Shown here piece by piece: positions 24,346 to 35,740 of a stretch of 64,000 nt of DNA. The stretch comes from Spirogloea muscicola (taxonomy: Eukaryota): contig WELB01000006.1 in NCBI GenBank assembly GCA_009602725.1, forward strand, positions 94,341-158,340, read 5' to 3'. The first letter of the stretch is position 1, and each line of letters starts with the position of its first letter. The notes beneath the pieces are model-generated. The model did not search any database and was not told where the DNA came from. It saw only the letters and a program-made list of their open reading frames with translations. The translations under genes and the position numbers were made by a program.

Positions 24346-27169
24346 GCTGCAACCGGCAAATGCCACCGGCAAATGCAAGCCAGCGGAACACACCAATTCC
24401 CTACTCACAAAGGACACTGAGGCCCCTGAGTCGAGGAGGATCCTAGCTGGTGCCGAAGCAGCCAACCCCTCAAAAAGCATAGTATGTCCGCCATGGACAC
24501 TGGCAAGGAATGGGGTGCGAGTGACGTAGACCCTGACCAAGGTCGGGTAAGGCCAACAATGAGAGACTTCGACGATACGCCTAAGGAGCGTGTGTCCCTC
24601 CTCGTGCGAGCACAACAGCGACATCCCCAGCGGAGCTCGATCAGTCACGCCGCGCTTCTGCGGCACAATGAAGAACATCATTTCTTCAGCCCCTCGGCTC
24701 TCAGGCCAGCAACCCACACAAATAGAGGCCCTCCGGCCTCCAGACCTTGCAACAAAGCAGGAATGGACCGCACAACCGGCACGGTTGGCGGGCAAGCAAT
24801 GCCAGCAAGAGCAACAGCGCAAGTGCATCTGGCTGAATGCGAGTGCTCTCAAAGGCAAGGGTCAGGCACTCACGCTTCCCCTTGAAGCTGCCCTTGTCCC
24901 GGCCCTGAGGGCGCTGTGGACGTGGCCGTGAGGATGCCGCCGGGCAGTCCCTGAGCAGGTGGCTCTTGTCACCGCATTTGAAGCAGCCAGCGCCCTCCAC
25001 GCGTGGCTTGGGAAAGCCGCCGTGAGGACGCGCGTTCTAGCCCTGGCGTAGGTTGAAACGCTTGTTGCTTCGGTCTGCATTAGACCCGCCTGCCTGCAAC
25101 AGGGGACGCTTGATTGGACCGGCAAGGTTCGTCGTGCTGAGCACCTTGCGGGCGTGCTCCACCATCGTGGTGAAGTCCGTGAGCTGTTTCCCCGTCGCGA
25201 AATCCACCGCGACCCAATCGCGATAACGTGTAGGCAGTCCAGCCTTGAACCGCTGGCATTGCTCAAAAGGCCTCATGGGCTCGCTGCGTAGCTTGGATAG
25301 CAGCAGCCGGAAGCTCCGCACATAGGCCTCAAAGGCCTCGCTCCCTTCGCCCTCCATGTGGAGAGCATCGAGCCCATCACGAGCGCGCAGCTCCTCGTAG
25401 GGGTCACCATAGGTGGACAAGAGCGAGCTGCAAAAGAATTCTCAGCGATTGTATTCTGCGGGCGTTGAGCCCTTCTTCAGAGTATTCCACCACTCCCGGG
25501 GGTCCCCTGTGAGATAGGTAGACGCGAGGCGCACGCGTGCCCCCGCGTCCGTGAGCAAATATATGAACCACTCAACCATCTTATCGAGCCACGGCTGCCA
25601 CCCACCCCGGTCGCCGTGACCTGAGTACTGCCTGGGTGCATGGGCCCGGGCAAGTCCATGCTCCGTGTGGCCGAGCTCTTGCGCACCAAGTGCAACGAGG
25701 CATCCACCTCTTGCATATGCCGCTCTGCGGCGCGCTGCCGGACGAGGAGGGCGCGCTGCTCCGCGCAGATCCTCGCGTTGAGCCGGTGTTGGGCTGAGTC
25801 CGACGTAGGCTGGGTTGCTGCCAGGTCCTGCACGAGGAGGGCCATCCGTTGCACCTCCTCAGCCGACAAGCCCTCGTGGCCTCCGGATTTCAGCTTGGCG
25901 TGCCCCTCAAGGGCTTGCCCCGCAGCAGCCACTGCATCCGCAGTATCTGGCCCTGCCGCAGCCGCTGCATCCACAGCCGACCGCTCCGCTGCAGCCGCTG
26001 CATCCACAGCCGACCACGCCACAGCAGCCGCTGCATCCACAGCCGACCGCTCCGCAGCAGCCGGTGCTTTCGCAGCAGACCGCGCCGCCGTCCGAGGAGG
26101 GCTTGATCGCGCACTGGACGTATGTGAAGTCATGCTGTCTGATGGACACTGAGTGATCAATTCAGGCTCCGACAGTCAGCAAATCACACACTCCATACTG
26201 CAATACAGGACATCGCAAGCTGGTGCACCAACGAGCGAGCAAGCAAGGCAGCGCGCAACTCCACACCTCGATCAGCAGGCAGGCAGACAGTCGCGATGTG
26301 ACCAAGACCGATGCTCACGATCAATGCTGGTCCCACGACTGACCTCACCACACAAAGGCTGCAAGCTCAAGCCACACCTCAATAGTAGCGAAAGCAAAAA
26401 GTGGTCCTCAAGGATCAGACTGCAATCTGGCGTTGGTAGTCGCTAGCTCTGCGCAAAGATGCCTCTGCACCCGGCGGTTCCGCTGAGCCGCCTCACGGAC
26501 CAACCGTCTGGCAATCACTTCAATTTTGACAGAAGAAGTCAGGCCAGCATATCAAGGTGCTCCTTGCATCATCAGCGGCGAGCACAAGAAGTCACAAGCG
26601 CGATGAATGCAAGACCGCCTCTGATACCAAATTGTAAGGAACCTCGCCCTAAACATGCAGTTAGAGAGAGAGTCCTTATTGAGTTCGAACGTAGTGAGTT
26701 CGAGGCCAACCCACTACACGTGATAGCACTAGCGCGTCGCGCAGCGGAATATAGGTAGGCCCTGTGGCGCCGCTGTCCGGCAGCGACTCCACCTCCTGGG
26801 CGCAGGCCGGCGCAGCAGGCCCTGCAGCAGAGTGCGGCGGCGGCTGCGGTGGCGAGCAGCGGCAAGGCTGCTCCGGGCTTCACGGGCTTCGAACTGATTG
26901 TAGAGCCCACAAGGCTCCTTGTGCTTGCCCGTGCCACCCCCCCTCCAGGGGTGTGAGCGGGTCGCCCCATGGCCCGCCTTGCGGCAGGCCAAAGATCCTC
27001 CCTTAAACGGGTGGATCCTGGCGAGGGGTACTTTAGAACGGGCGGGGCCCGCCTCTGGGCGGGCCACTTGCCCGGCCAGCCAGCCCGCCAGCTGGCGGGT
27101 TACCTGGCCTAAATTGTCGGTCATGTAATGCCAACAGAGCCATGTGGCTTGGACGGCTGGTTCATTACA
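24346..27169 (-). mobile_element. Family X chromovirus 5' half: LTR, PBS, leader, gag, extra domain, start of protease
   Basis: LTR 26633-27169, PBS (minus strand) at ~26618-26629, gag ORFs 25477-26160 and 25037-25420, CFKCGDKSHLLRDC, LLDSGAS. Confidence 0.88.
25940..26080 (-). repeat. Short tandem coding repeat (AAAAERSAVD-like, ~33 bp) in the gag N-terminus
   Basis: CAGCCGCTGCATCCACAGCCGACC is repeated three times. Confidence 0.75.
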
Positions 27170-28102
27170 TCGCCGGCTCTGAAACGTTCTCAGCCCTAGA
27201 CACACAATTAGGGATTAGTACGTCCTGATTGAAGTTCGGACCTAGGGTTTGCGGACCCCCCCCTACAGAGTGGATACGCCAGTGCACACAGAACACATAC
27301 GTGCATACCGCGCAGCGGATGTCTTACCCTGAGGCACCGCCGGAAGGCGGCGACTCCACTGAGGGTGTAACGTCCCCATCGTTACGTGACGTTTAAGCGT
27401 GGGTTGAACGCTAACGCGTGGTAACGGCACGCGGCCCCGGTATCGTTGGCGTGCGACACGTGGGCGACGCGCGGGCAAGTGAGACGCAGCTCACCGCGGC
27501 TCGCCGGAGCTGTCGCCGCAGGGCCGCCCGGGCCCCCGGGCCATGGCCGCCGCCGCCCTCACGACCGTTCCGCAGGGCGGCACCGCAAAGAAAGCGGCTG
27601 CTGATATGAAAGAATCGGCTGTGAAATGCCAGCCAGATGCATACAGGTGTTCATGACGGAGCCAAAGGCTAGGCAGACAGGGCGCCCTCAATACCCCCGT
27701 GTCAGCAGTAGGAAGTCAGATGAGCTGAGGGGAGGAAGAGCAACCCCGCTGCGCAAGCCAGAGGCTGCTGCAAGGGCGCGACCAGCGCGGCGGTGCAAAG
27801 CAAGCGCTTGGGAGNNNNNNNNNNNNNNNNNNNNNNNNNNNNNNNNNNNNNNNNNNNNNNNNNNNNNNNNNNNNNNNNGCTCTTCTGAAGGTAGACTGTG
27901 GCTGCTCCCTTTGGGGACAGTTGCTGGCCCGTACCGAGAGGTGAGTCGCCGCCTGTCGGCGGCGCCTCAGGGCAAGGTATTCCGCTGCGTGTGCATGTGG
28001 TGCTTCTCTGTGCTGGGGGTTTCGTCTCTAAACCCCAGAGACAGAAACCAATCAGGACGTCCTAACCCTTAACTGCTTGTGAAGGGCTTAGAATGCTTCA
28101 TT

Positions 28103-28113
28103 TGGTATCAGAG
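28103..28113 (+). promoter_or_regulatory. Primer binding site complementary to initiator tRNA-Met 3' end
   Basis: TGGTATCAGAG lies 2 nt after the LTR. The same motif occurs at 20962, 23607 and ~26629 (-). Confidence 0.9.
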
Positions 28114-28653
28114 GGGTCCATGTATCTTGCTAGCCTTGTATTCTGTGATGATACGGCTGACAATGCAAGGTTCCTTCTTATGCTCTGGCACTGACTAGTC
28201 TCTTGTGGTTGAGACACTTTGCCAGACCGTACTCGTGGATCTGCATCGACGGGCCGATTGATACTGTTGTCCACTCGCCCGCTGCATCCACAAGCCCGGG
28301 GTCGACCAATGTCAAGTGTTCCACCACCCCGGCAGCCACCGACATTGCCAGGTCAGTACTCGCCCGCGTAACCACCTGCGGTTGGCGGATTGCCTGTCTT
28401 TTGACAAGGAGGTGAAACCGACCGCCGATGAGCGGCGAGTCTGGCCATGTGCCAGAGGCTGGTCCGTACCCAGTTCTGGCCCCTCCCTCGGCTGCGCGTG
28501 CTGCTTGCGTTTTGGGGATATGGCTTGCGCGCTGCCATGATTGCTTTGCTTTGCTGGGGCACCAGCTTGCTTAGTGTGTTGTGGTAGTATTGTCTTCTCG
28601 GTGTGTCTTGCGCCCTCCCACTGACTTGGCCTTCAGTGTGTTGGTGTAAAGGC

Positions 28654-30258
28654 ATGGAGTCCAAGGACTCAAGTGCGCAACTTAGCGCCCCTCCGCAAGG
28701 AGTGCCACCGGCCGACGTCGAGGATGTGGCCAACGAGTTGGCGGAGCTCCACGCGCTCGGATCAGACGGCCTTACAACGGCCGATGCGCAGCGCCTACGG
28801 CGCCTGAGGGAGCTCGTCGAGGCAGCGGCCCCTGGTGGGAACCCGCTGGTAACCCCAGTCCTGACGGCATTGAGCGAGGAGGTACGAGTTCTCATCAGCC
28901 GCTTGTCTTCGGATGAGCAGCGCACTCGTCGCCTCCGAGCGAAGGTCAACCGTGGTGTGCGGTTGGGCCGTGCCCAGCCGTGCCAACCGTCAAAGTTTGA
29001 CGGGCAGGGTAGCCTCGCAGCCTGGATCAGAGAGATGAATGCATGGTTCGTGCTATGCGAGGCGCCGGTGACGTCCCGCGTGGACATCGCTGCCACCTAC
29101 CTCACCGGTGATCCAGCCGCCATTTGGGAGAGTACAAAGGAGTCCTCGACGCCCAGAGAATATAATACCTGGGACTTCTTTACCCGCTCGTTGACCACCT
29201 TGTACGGAGAGGTCCATGCTGAGCTTAAGGCGCGTAATCAACTCGATGCTATTCGTATGGTAGACGATGATTTCGAAGATTATGTGCGTCGTTTTCATCT
29301 TATTCTGATGAAATGTGGTAACATGAACCCGATGGACCAAGTCCAGAGGTTCAAAGCTGGTCTGCCGCAACATGTGGCTGTACTGTCCCAGCTTGACAAG
29401 CTCACCCATGATGTAGTCAATACCCTCGATAAGTTCATAGAACAAGCACGACAATCTTTCTTGATGTACCCAACAAAGAAGCGCTTGTTCCGAGGTGAGG
29501 ACCGTGACGCGCCAGGGCCTTCGGTGGTGAAGCGTCATAAGCCTAACCATGGTGGTAAGCCTCGACCCCCGCCTCGGTCGGCGGCAGTGCCCAAGGGCAA
29601 GGCCAAGGCCTTCGTCCCTGAGGAAGACCGAGCTTGCTACCGGTGCGGCAACAAGAGGCATCGCATTCGGGACTGCCTACAGCCGCCGAAGACTCCAGCG
29701 TCGTCTACACCATCCTCGACACGCCCTAAGGGCCAGTACAAGGACAAGGGTAAAGGGAAAAGTGAGTCCCCTTCCTTAACTTCCTTATGTGTAATTCAGC
29801 AGCGTGGTGTGAATATGCTGTTTGAACTTGTAGGACGAGCATGTCCAAAGTCCGTTGTGCCAGTAGTATGCTCTGTGCATGAGCTTATGCAAGCACTGGT
29901 AGATGGTGGCCCCCTCGTTGTATGGGTTCCTTCTAATCAGCTGCAGAAAGCTGCGAACATGTGTTTGGGCTGGATCAGATTACACGGTACTAAAGAACCT
30001 GTCTTCTTTATTGTGCCGTGCAGTCGCAGAATGAATCCTCTACCTCCAAAGGGGCTGGCTTTGCTGTGTCACCGGAAGGCGGGCCACCTTCACGTGAAGT
30101 ACGGAGTGAAGGACGGATCTCCAAGACCTTCTAAACTGCTCATCTTCGTAGCTAGTAGTTATATTCTTACGGCAGTAGGTGCCTCAGCACTCAGCGCTGA
30201 CGCGCCAATATGTTATTTTCAGGACTGGTGGCTAGTCAGCCAGCCCAGATCCTTATAG
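28654..30258 (+). CDS. Gag with CCHC zinc knuckle followed by an extra ~130-aa domain
   Basis: ATG at 28654, PSKFDG..W, retrotransposon gag-like helices, CYRCGNKRHRIRDC. The frame runs into a frameshift at ~30208. Confidence 0.88.
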   Translation: MESKDSSAQLSAPPQGVPPADVEDVANELAELHALGSDGLTTADAQRLRRLRELVEAAAPGGNPLVTPVLTALSEEVRVLISRLSSDEQRTRRLRAKVNRGVRLGRAQPCQPSKFDGQGSLAAWIREMNAWFVLCEAPVTSRVDIAATYLTGDPAAIWESTKESSTPREYNTWDFFTRSLTTLYGEVHAELKARNQLDAIRMVDDDFEDYVRRFHLILMKCGNMNPMDQVQRFKAGLPQHVAVLSQLDKLTHDVVNTLDKFIEQARQSFLMYPTKKRLFRGEDRDAPGPSVVKRHKPNHGGKPRPPPRSAAVPKGKAKAFVPEEDRACYRCGNKRHRIRDCLQPPKTPASSTPSSTRPKGQYKDKGKGKSESPSLTSLCVIQQRGVNMLFELVGRACPKSVVPVVCSVHELMQALVDGGPLVVWVPSNQLQKAANMCLGWIRLHGTKEPVFFIVPCSRRMNPLPPKGLALLCHRKAGHLHVKYGVKDGSPRPSKLLIFVASSYILTAVGASALSADAPICYFQDWWLVSQPRSL

Positions 30259-33200
30259 ACACAGGGGCTGCTGTTTCCTGTGTTAGTAAGAATTTTGTGA
30301 GTGACAATGGTTTGATTGTAAAACCTACTACCATTTCACAAGCTACTTTGGCAAATGGACAAAGTGCCGAAATTGTGGGCCTATGTCAAGTTCCTCTACA
30401 CATTCAAAACTTAAAGACGGTCGTGTCTTGCCATGTCCTTGAGTTGGCACTGGGCTTTGATGTGATATTGGGCGATGACTGGTTGTGTTCTAATGGGGCC
30501 CTCCTTGACTTTGACGCGCGGACTTGCTCGGGCCGACAGGGTTCTCGTCGTTTTGTGCTGCACAAAGACGTTCGTTCCCTTTGTACCATCGCCTGTGACA
30601 GAGTCCTCTATTCAGCTGTCGGCTGTGCGGTTTAAGAGGGTCCTTCACGCAGAACCCACCTCGGCTGTGTATCTGCTAATGGTGATGGAAAATGAGTCCC
30701 CCCCTGACTCAGTAGTAGTGAGTAATGTGGCCTCACATGGTGCGGCTCTTGACAGCTTGTTGGAGGAATTTGCGGATGTGTTCCCCGATGCCCTCCCGGA
30801 CGGTTTGCCTCCTGACCGAGGCGTGGCTCATACAATTCCACTAGAGCCCGGCGCTGTACCGCCGTACCGTCCAATGTATCGACTGAGTCCTCTCGAATTT
30901 CGGGAGATGCAGTCCCAAGTGGAGGAATTGCTACGGAAAGGCCATATTGAGCCTTCCCAGTCGCCGTACGGTGCACCAATCCTCTTCGTAAAGAAGAAGG
31001 ATGGTAGTCTTCGTATGTGCATCGCCTATCGAGCCTTAAACAAGCTCACCGTCAAGAATCGGTATCCTTTGCCTCGAATAGACGACCTGTTCGACCGTCT
31101 AGCGGGAGCTAATGTGTTCAGCTCCCTCGATTTGCAAAGTGGTTATCATCAAATTCGTATTACCCCTGAGGACGTCCCGAAGTCGGCATTCCGTACGCCG
31201 CTCGGTCACTTCCAGTTCAAGGTGCTCAGCTTTGGTTTGACCAACGCACCTGCCACATTTCAGGCGGTAATGACGAAAGTCTTTGGCCCCCTACTGTATG
31301 ACTTTGTGCTGGTCTATCTGGATGACATACTGGTGTTTAGTAAAACGCCTGAGGAGCACGTACGTCATTTGCGGCAAGTGCTGCAACTATTACGTGCAAA
31401 CCAGTTGTATGCCAAGAGATCCAAATGTGTATTCAACCAGCCTGAGCTCACCTACTTAGGGCATGTTGTAGGCAAAGACGGGGTACGCGTCGACCCCAAA
31501 AAGACTTCAGCAGTAAAGGACTGGCCTGTGCCACGGAATGTGCCATCGTTGCGGTCCTTCTTGGGATTCGCAAATTACTTCCGCAAGTTTCTACAAGGGT
31601 ACGGAAGTACGGCATCTCCTCTTACGAAGCTCACTCGTAAGGACGTCAGCTGGGTGTGGACGTCGGAATGCCAGAAGGCATTCGAGGATATCAAACGGGT
31701 CCTGGTGAATCCACCTGTTTTGGCCTTGCCTCGAGAAGGCGTGCCATTTGAAGTAGTATGTGACGCCTCTTTGATCGGCATTGGTGCCGTACTCTTGCAG
31801 GAGGGTCATCCCGTAGCATTTGAAAGTCGCCTGCTTCGTCCTGCAGAGCGTAACTACACTACGGGGGAGCAAGAGCTCCTTGCTGTTGTGCACGCCTTAC
31901 GTGTGTGGCGTTGCTATCTCGAGGGTGTTGACTTTACGGTCGTAACGGATCATTGCCCGTTGACCTATTTTCACACACAACAGCAATTGAGCAGGCGTCA
32001 AACACGGTGGGCTGAGTGTATAGCACAATTCCGTTTCCAGTGGTTGTACCGCCCTGGACGTATGAATGTTGCGGACCCGGTAAGTCGCAACATTGCAGGG
32101 GCTGCTGTGGCGGCTGTCTTGCACGCTTCAAGGGGTCAGACCGCAGACGTGCGGCCTACTCGTGGAACTGCTCGGCAGTCCACCGCCAACCTCTCTGAGC
32201 TGTATGTGCGTATTCGTGATGGGTATGGCACAGACCCATGGTTTGCGGCTAAAACCAATACACGCACACTAGTAAATGACCAAGGCTTTTGGTGGCGAGG
32301 TGACGCCATTGTAGTTCCTGACTGCAATGCCTTGCGCACCAGTATCTTGCAAGAACTGCATGAGCCTCCGTATAGTGGTCATTTGGGTATGGGAAAGACG
32401 AAGAAAGCCGTCCAGCTTCTCTTCTGGTGGCCGGACTTGAAAGCTCAAGTAGAGTCTTTTGTAAGGACTTGTGCCACCTGCCAGCGCAGTAAGGCACGCT
32501 CTCATAAGCCTGCCGGGTTGCTCCAACCGTTGGAGATTCCTCCGAGGAACTGGTCTGATGTAAGTGTGGATTTCATCACCCATTTGCCGAAGACGAAAAA
32601 GGGTCATGATGCCATTGTCGTATTTGTGGATCGTCTGAGTAAAATGGCGCATTTTGTGCCTACGACCACAAAGGTGTCAGCCAAAGAGTTCGCTGGTATC
32701 TTCGTGGACCGCGTATGGAAACTGCACGGAGTCCCCGAGCGGATCGTGTCTGACCGCGATCCTCGCTTTACGGGGCACTTCTGGAAGGAAGTGTGCAGGC
32801 TGATTGGCACCCAGCAATCCATGTCCACGGCTTTCCATCCCCAGACAGATGGTCAGACGGAAAGAATGAATCGGGTGTTGGAAGACATGTTGCGGCATTT
32901 TGTAAACCCCAGTCAAAGTGACTGGGATGAGTATCTTGCTCCAGCGGAGTACGCCGTGAACAATGCCTTCTACGAGTCAACCAAGAATACACCCTTCTTT
33001 CTTAATTATGGTCAGCATCCCCGAGCACCTTTACAGGTGGGGAGGCCGGAACGTGTGCCGGCCGCAGTAACTTTTACCGGGAACCTCCTGGAAGCTCAGC
33101 GGAGGGCTAGGCAATGCTTGGAGATTGCCCAGCAACGGCAAAAGCAGTACGCTGATCGACGTCGACGGGATATATCCTTCGACGTGGGTTCTCAAGTGCT

Positions 33201-33648
33201 ACTCAGCACAAAGCATCTCTCCATGCGGGCTGTCGGTACGCCTAAATTGCTACCAAAGTGGGTTGGACCTTTTCGTGTAGTGCGTCTGGTCGGCAAAGTT
33301 GCGTACGAGCTGGACACGCCGGTACATTGGAAAATCCATAAAGTATTCCATGTGTCCCAGCTCGAACCATTCCATACGGATGGTCGTGTCCAACCGCCCC
33401 CACCTTCCCTTGTCGTCAAGGATAATGAAGAGTTTGAGGTGGAGGAGATCTTGTCTCACCGCGACAAACTCCGTGGGCGACGTAAGTCCCGAGAGTATCT
33501 TGTAAAGTGGAAAGGCTATGGGCCTGAACACAATACGTGGGAACCTTCGGGCCATCTTGCCCATTGCCCGTCCGTTCTCCGTAAGTATCTTGCAAAGAAG
33601 AAACTCCCTCCTTTGCGTAGTACTTCTATGACTACCCGTCAAAAGTAA
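30210..33648 (+). CDS. Pol: aspartic protease (shifted frame), RT, RNase H, integrase, chromodomain
   Basis: [36 protein letters not shown] zinc motif and DDE integrase; [24 protein letters not shown]. Confidence 0.95.
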
Positions 33649-34850
33649 TTTGACGAACTCTCCTTCCGTACCAAGTCCTTGTTCCCGAGGACGTGAACAT
33701 CAAAGTGGGGAGGAATGTAACGTCCCCATCCGTTACGTGACGTTTAACCGTGGGTTGAACGCTAACGCGTGGTAACGGCACGCGGCCCCGGTATCGTTGG
33801 CGTGCGACACGTGGGCGACGCGCGGGCAAGTGAGACGCAGCTCACCGCGGCTCGCCGGAGCTGTCGCCGCAGGGCCGCCCGGGCCCCCGGGCCATGGCCG
33901 CCGCCGCCCTCACGACCGTTCCGCAGGGCGGCACCGCGCAGGGCGGCACTGCGACGTGCCCGTCGGCGGCATGTCCGCCGAACTGGTGAGCGCCACCTCT
34001 TGGCCGCCGGACTCGTAGTGACATACCTGTGACGCGTGTAGCGCTGTGACGCGCCTGGCGGCGCCGCGCAGGGCGGCACCGCGCAGGGCGGCGTCGCCGC
34101 CCTCACAACCCGTATCCCCCCGTAGGGCCCGCCTTCTCGAGGTGGGCCTTGAGGCGAGCCTCCCAGAGACCCTTGGGGAGGGGTGGCACATGAAGCACTA
34201 TAAGTAGGGCTGAGACCAGCCTCCGGGGACCCGGCTCTGGTCAGCGAAGCCCACGCCAGAGAGAGGCGCGCAGCCCTGCTGCCGCCTGCTGCCGCAGCTC
34301 GTCCGCGCAGCCCTGCTGCTGCCTGCTGCTGCAGCCCGACGCCGCAACCTTTCCCTGCGGATCTTCATCGGCTCTTCTGAAGGTAGACTGTGGCTGCTCC
34401 CTTCGGGGACAGTTGCTGGCCCGTACCGAGAGGTGAGTCGCCGCCTGTCGGCGGCGCCTCAGGGCAAGGTCTTCCGCTGCGTGTGCATGTGGTGCTTCTC
34501 TGTGCTGGGGGTTTCGTCTCTAAACCCCAGAGACAGAAACCAATCAGGACGTCCTAACCCTTAACTGCTTGTGAAGGGCTTAGAATGCTTCAGAGGGTCT
34601 GGCTTAGTAGCTCTCCCCAGATGGGGCGCAAGCATGGCACTTACGGAGAGGCGGCAATGAATGCAGCGACGAACTGCGGCAACGGGCTGAGCAGCAGACG
34701 GTAGCAGCAGGGCTGTGGCGGCGGCTGCAGCAGCAGGCAAGCAGGGCTGTGCCTCTCTAGGCGTCACCGGTCCGACTGAGCAGGCCTCGGCCTGGTCAGC
34801 GTCCGATGCGGCGCATTCGTGGCGTGCGACCACGACCGGGCCCGCGCCAG

Positions 34851-35740
34851 TGTAACGCCGGTGTTCCATACAACGCGCGACACTTACCCCTCGGCGCGGC
34901 CGACCGACCCCGATGTAACCTGGCCCTTAGTACGGCCCGAGGCCCCGGGTTCCATACCGCACGTGCTCCGCCCAGAAGGCGCCTTTTGGCGCCTCCTTGG
35001 AGCCACTTGAGGCGCCGCGTGTCGCCGCCCGAGGCGCCGCGCCGCGCCCCCTTGGTGCCGCCCAAGGCGCCGCTTCGCGCCTCCTTGGTGCCGCACAGGG
35101 CGCCCCGTCGCGCCCCAGGGGGTGCCACCTTAGGCGCCCCTCCATCTCTCATAGGTACCACCTCAGGCGCCCCGTCGCCTATCATTGGTGCTTGTCTGAA
35201 GCGCCGTCGTCGCGCCTCCTTGGTGCCGCCCGAGTCGCCGTGTCGCGCCGCCCAAGGCGCGCTTCGCGCCTCCTTGGTGCCGCCCAAGGCGCCGCTCTCC
35301 GTGTCCCCTTCGTCCGGCCCGCCCCTCCAGGGAAGGGCCTGGGGGGCGACCCTCGTCACACCGTCGGGGGAGGAGTGGCAGAGGGACGCATTAAGTAGTT
35401 GGCCTTGGGCGGGCTCCGGAGTCCGATCAACGCAGCGAAAGACACACCCCTGCTGCTGCCGAGCCAGCCCTGCTGCCTGCCGCCGCCGCCGCCACCACGG
35501 CTCTGCTGCTGCCCAGCCTGTCGCCGTAGCTCGTCGCTGCGGGCCCCGCCGTCTCTCTGTAAGTCTTTGGTAGCGTCACCGCCCTAAGGTGGTGCCTCAG
35601 AATAAGACTTCCGCTGCGCCATGTGCGCGTATGTGCGTTGGCGTTCTCCTGTATGAGGGTTGTCTCCTAAACACCTTATGTCTGAAACCCAAACAGGATG
35701 TTCTAACCCTAACTGTGTGATTAGGGCCAGGAACACTACA
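34851..35740 (+). mobile_element. Additional family Y-like LTR
   Basis: TGTAAC..CTACA ends and similarity to 17106-18050. No matching TSD seen. Confidence 0.75.

Larger units (their letters stand above)
27366..34592 (+). mobile_element. Structurally complete Ty3/Gypsy chromovirus (family Y)
   Basis: 5' LTR 27366-28100 (contains an N gap), 3' LTR 33716-34592, both TG..CA and near-identical where comparable. TSD GAGGG at 27361-27365 and 34593-34597. PBS TGGTATCAGAG at 28103, PPT at 33702-33715. Confidence 0.96.
27180..34850 (-). mobile_element. Older LTR (27180-27360 + 34598-34850) split by insertion of the complete element
   Basis: The two halves join across the GAGGG duplication and resemble the minus-strand LTR at 16594-17040. 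Confidence 0.75.

Noticed and set aside
10194..27169. LTRs 10194-10730 and 26633-27169 as the two ends of one insertion
   Set aside because: The flanks GTACC and TCGCC do not match and the LTRs are visibly diverged. Same family only.
34500..34570. CTAAACCC/CTAACCC motifs as telomeric repeats
   Set aside because: They are isolated single units inside LTRs with no tandem array.
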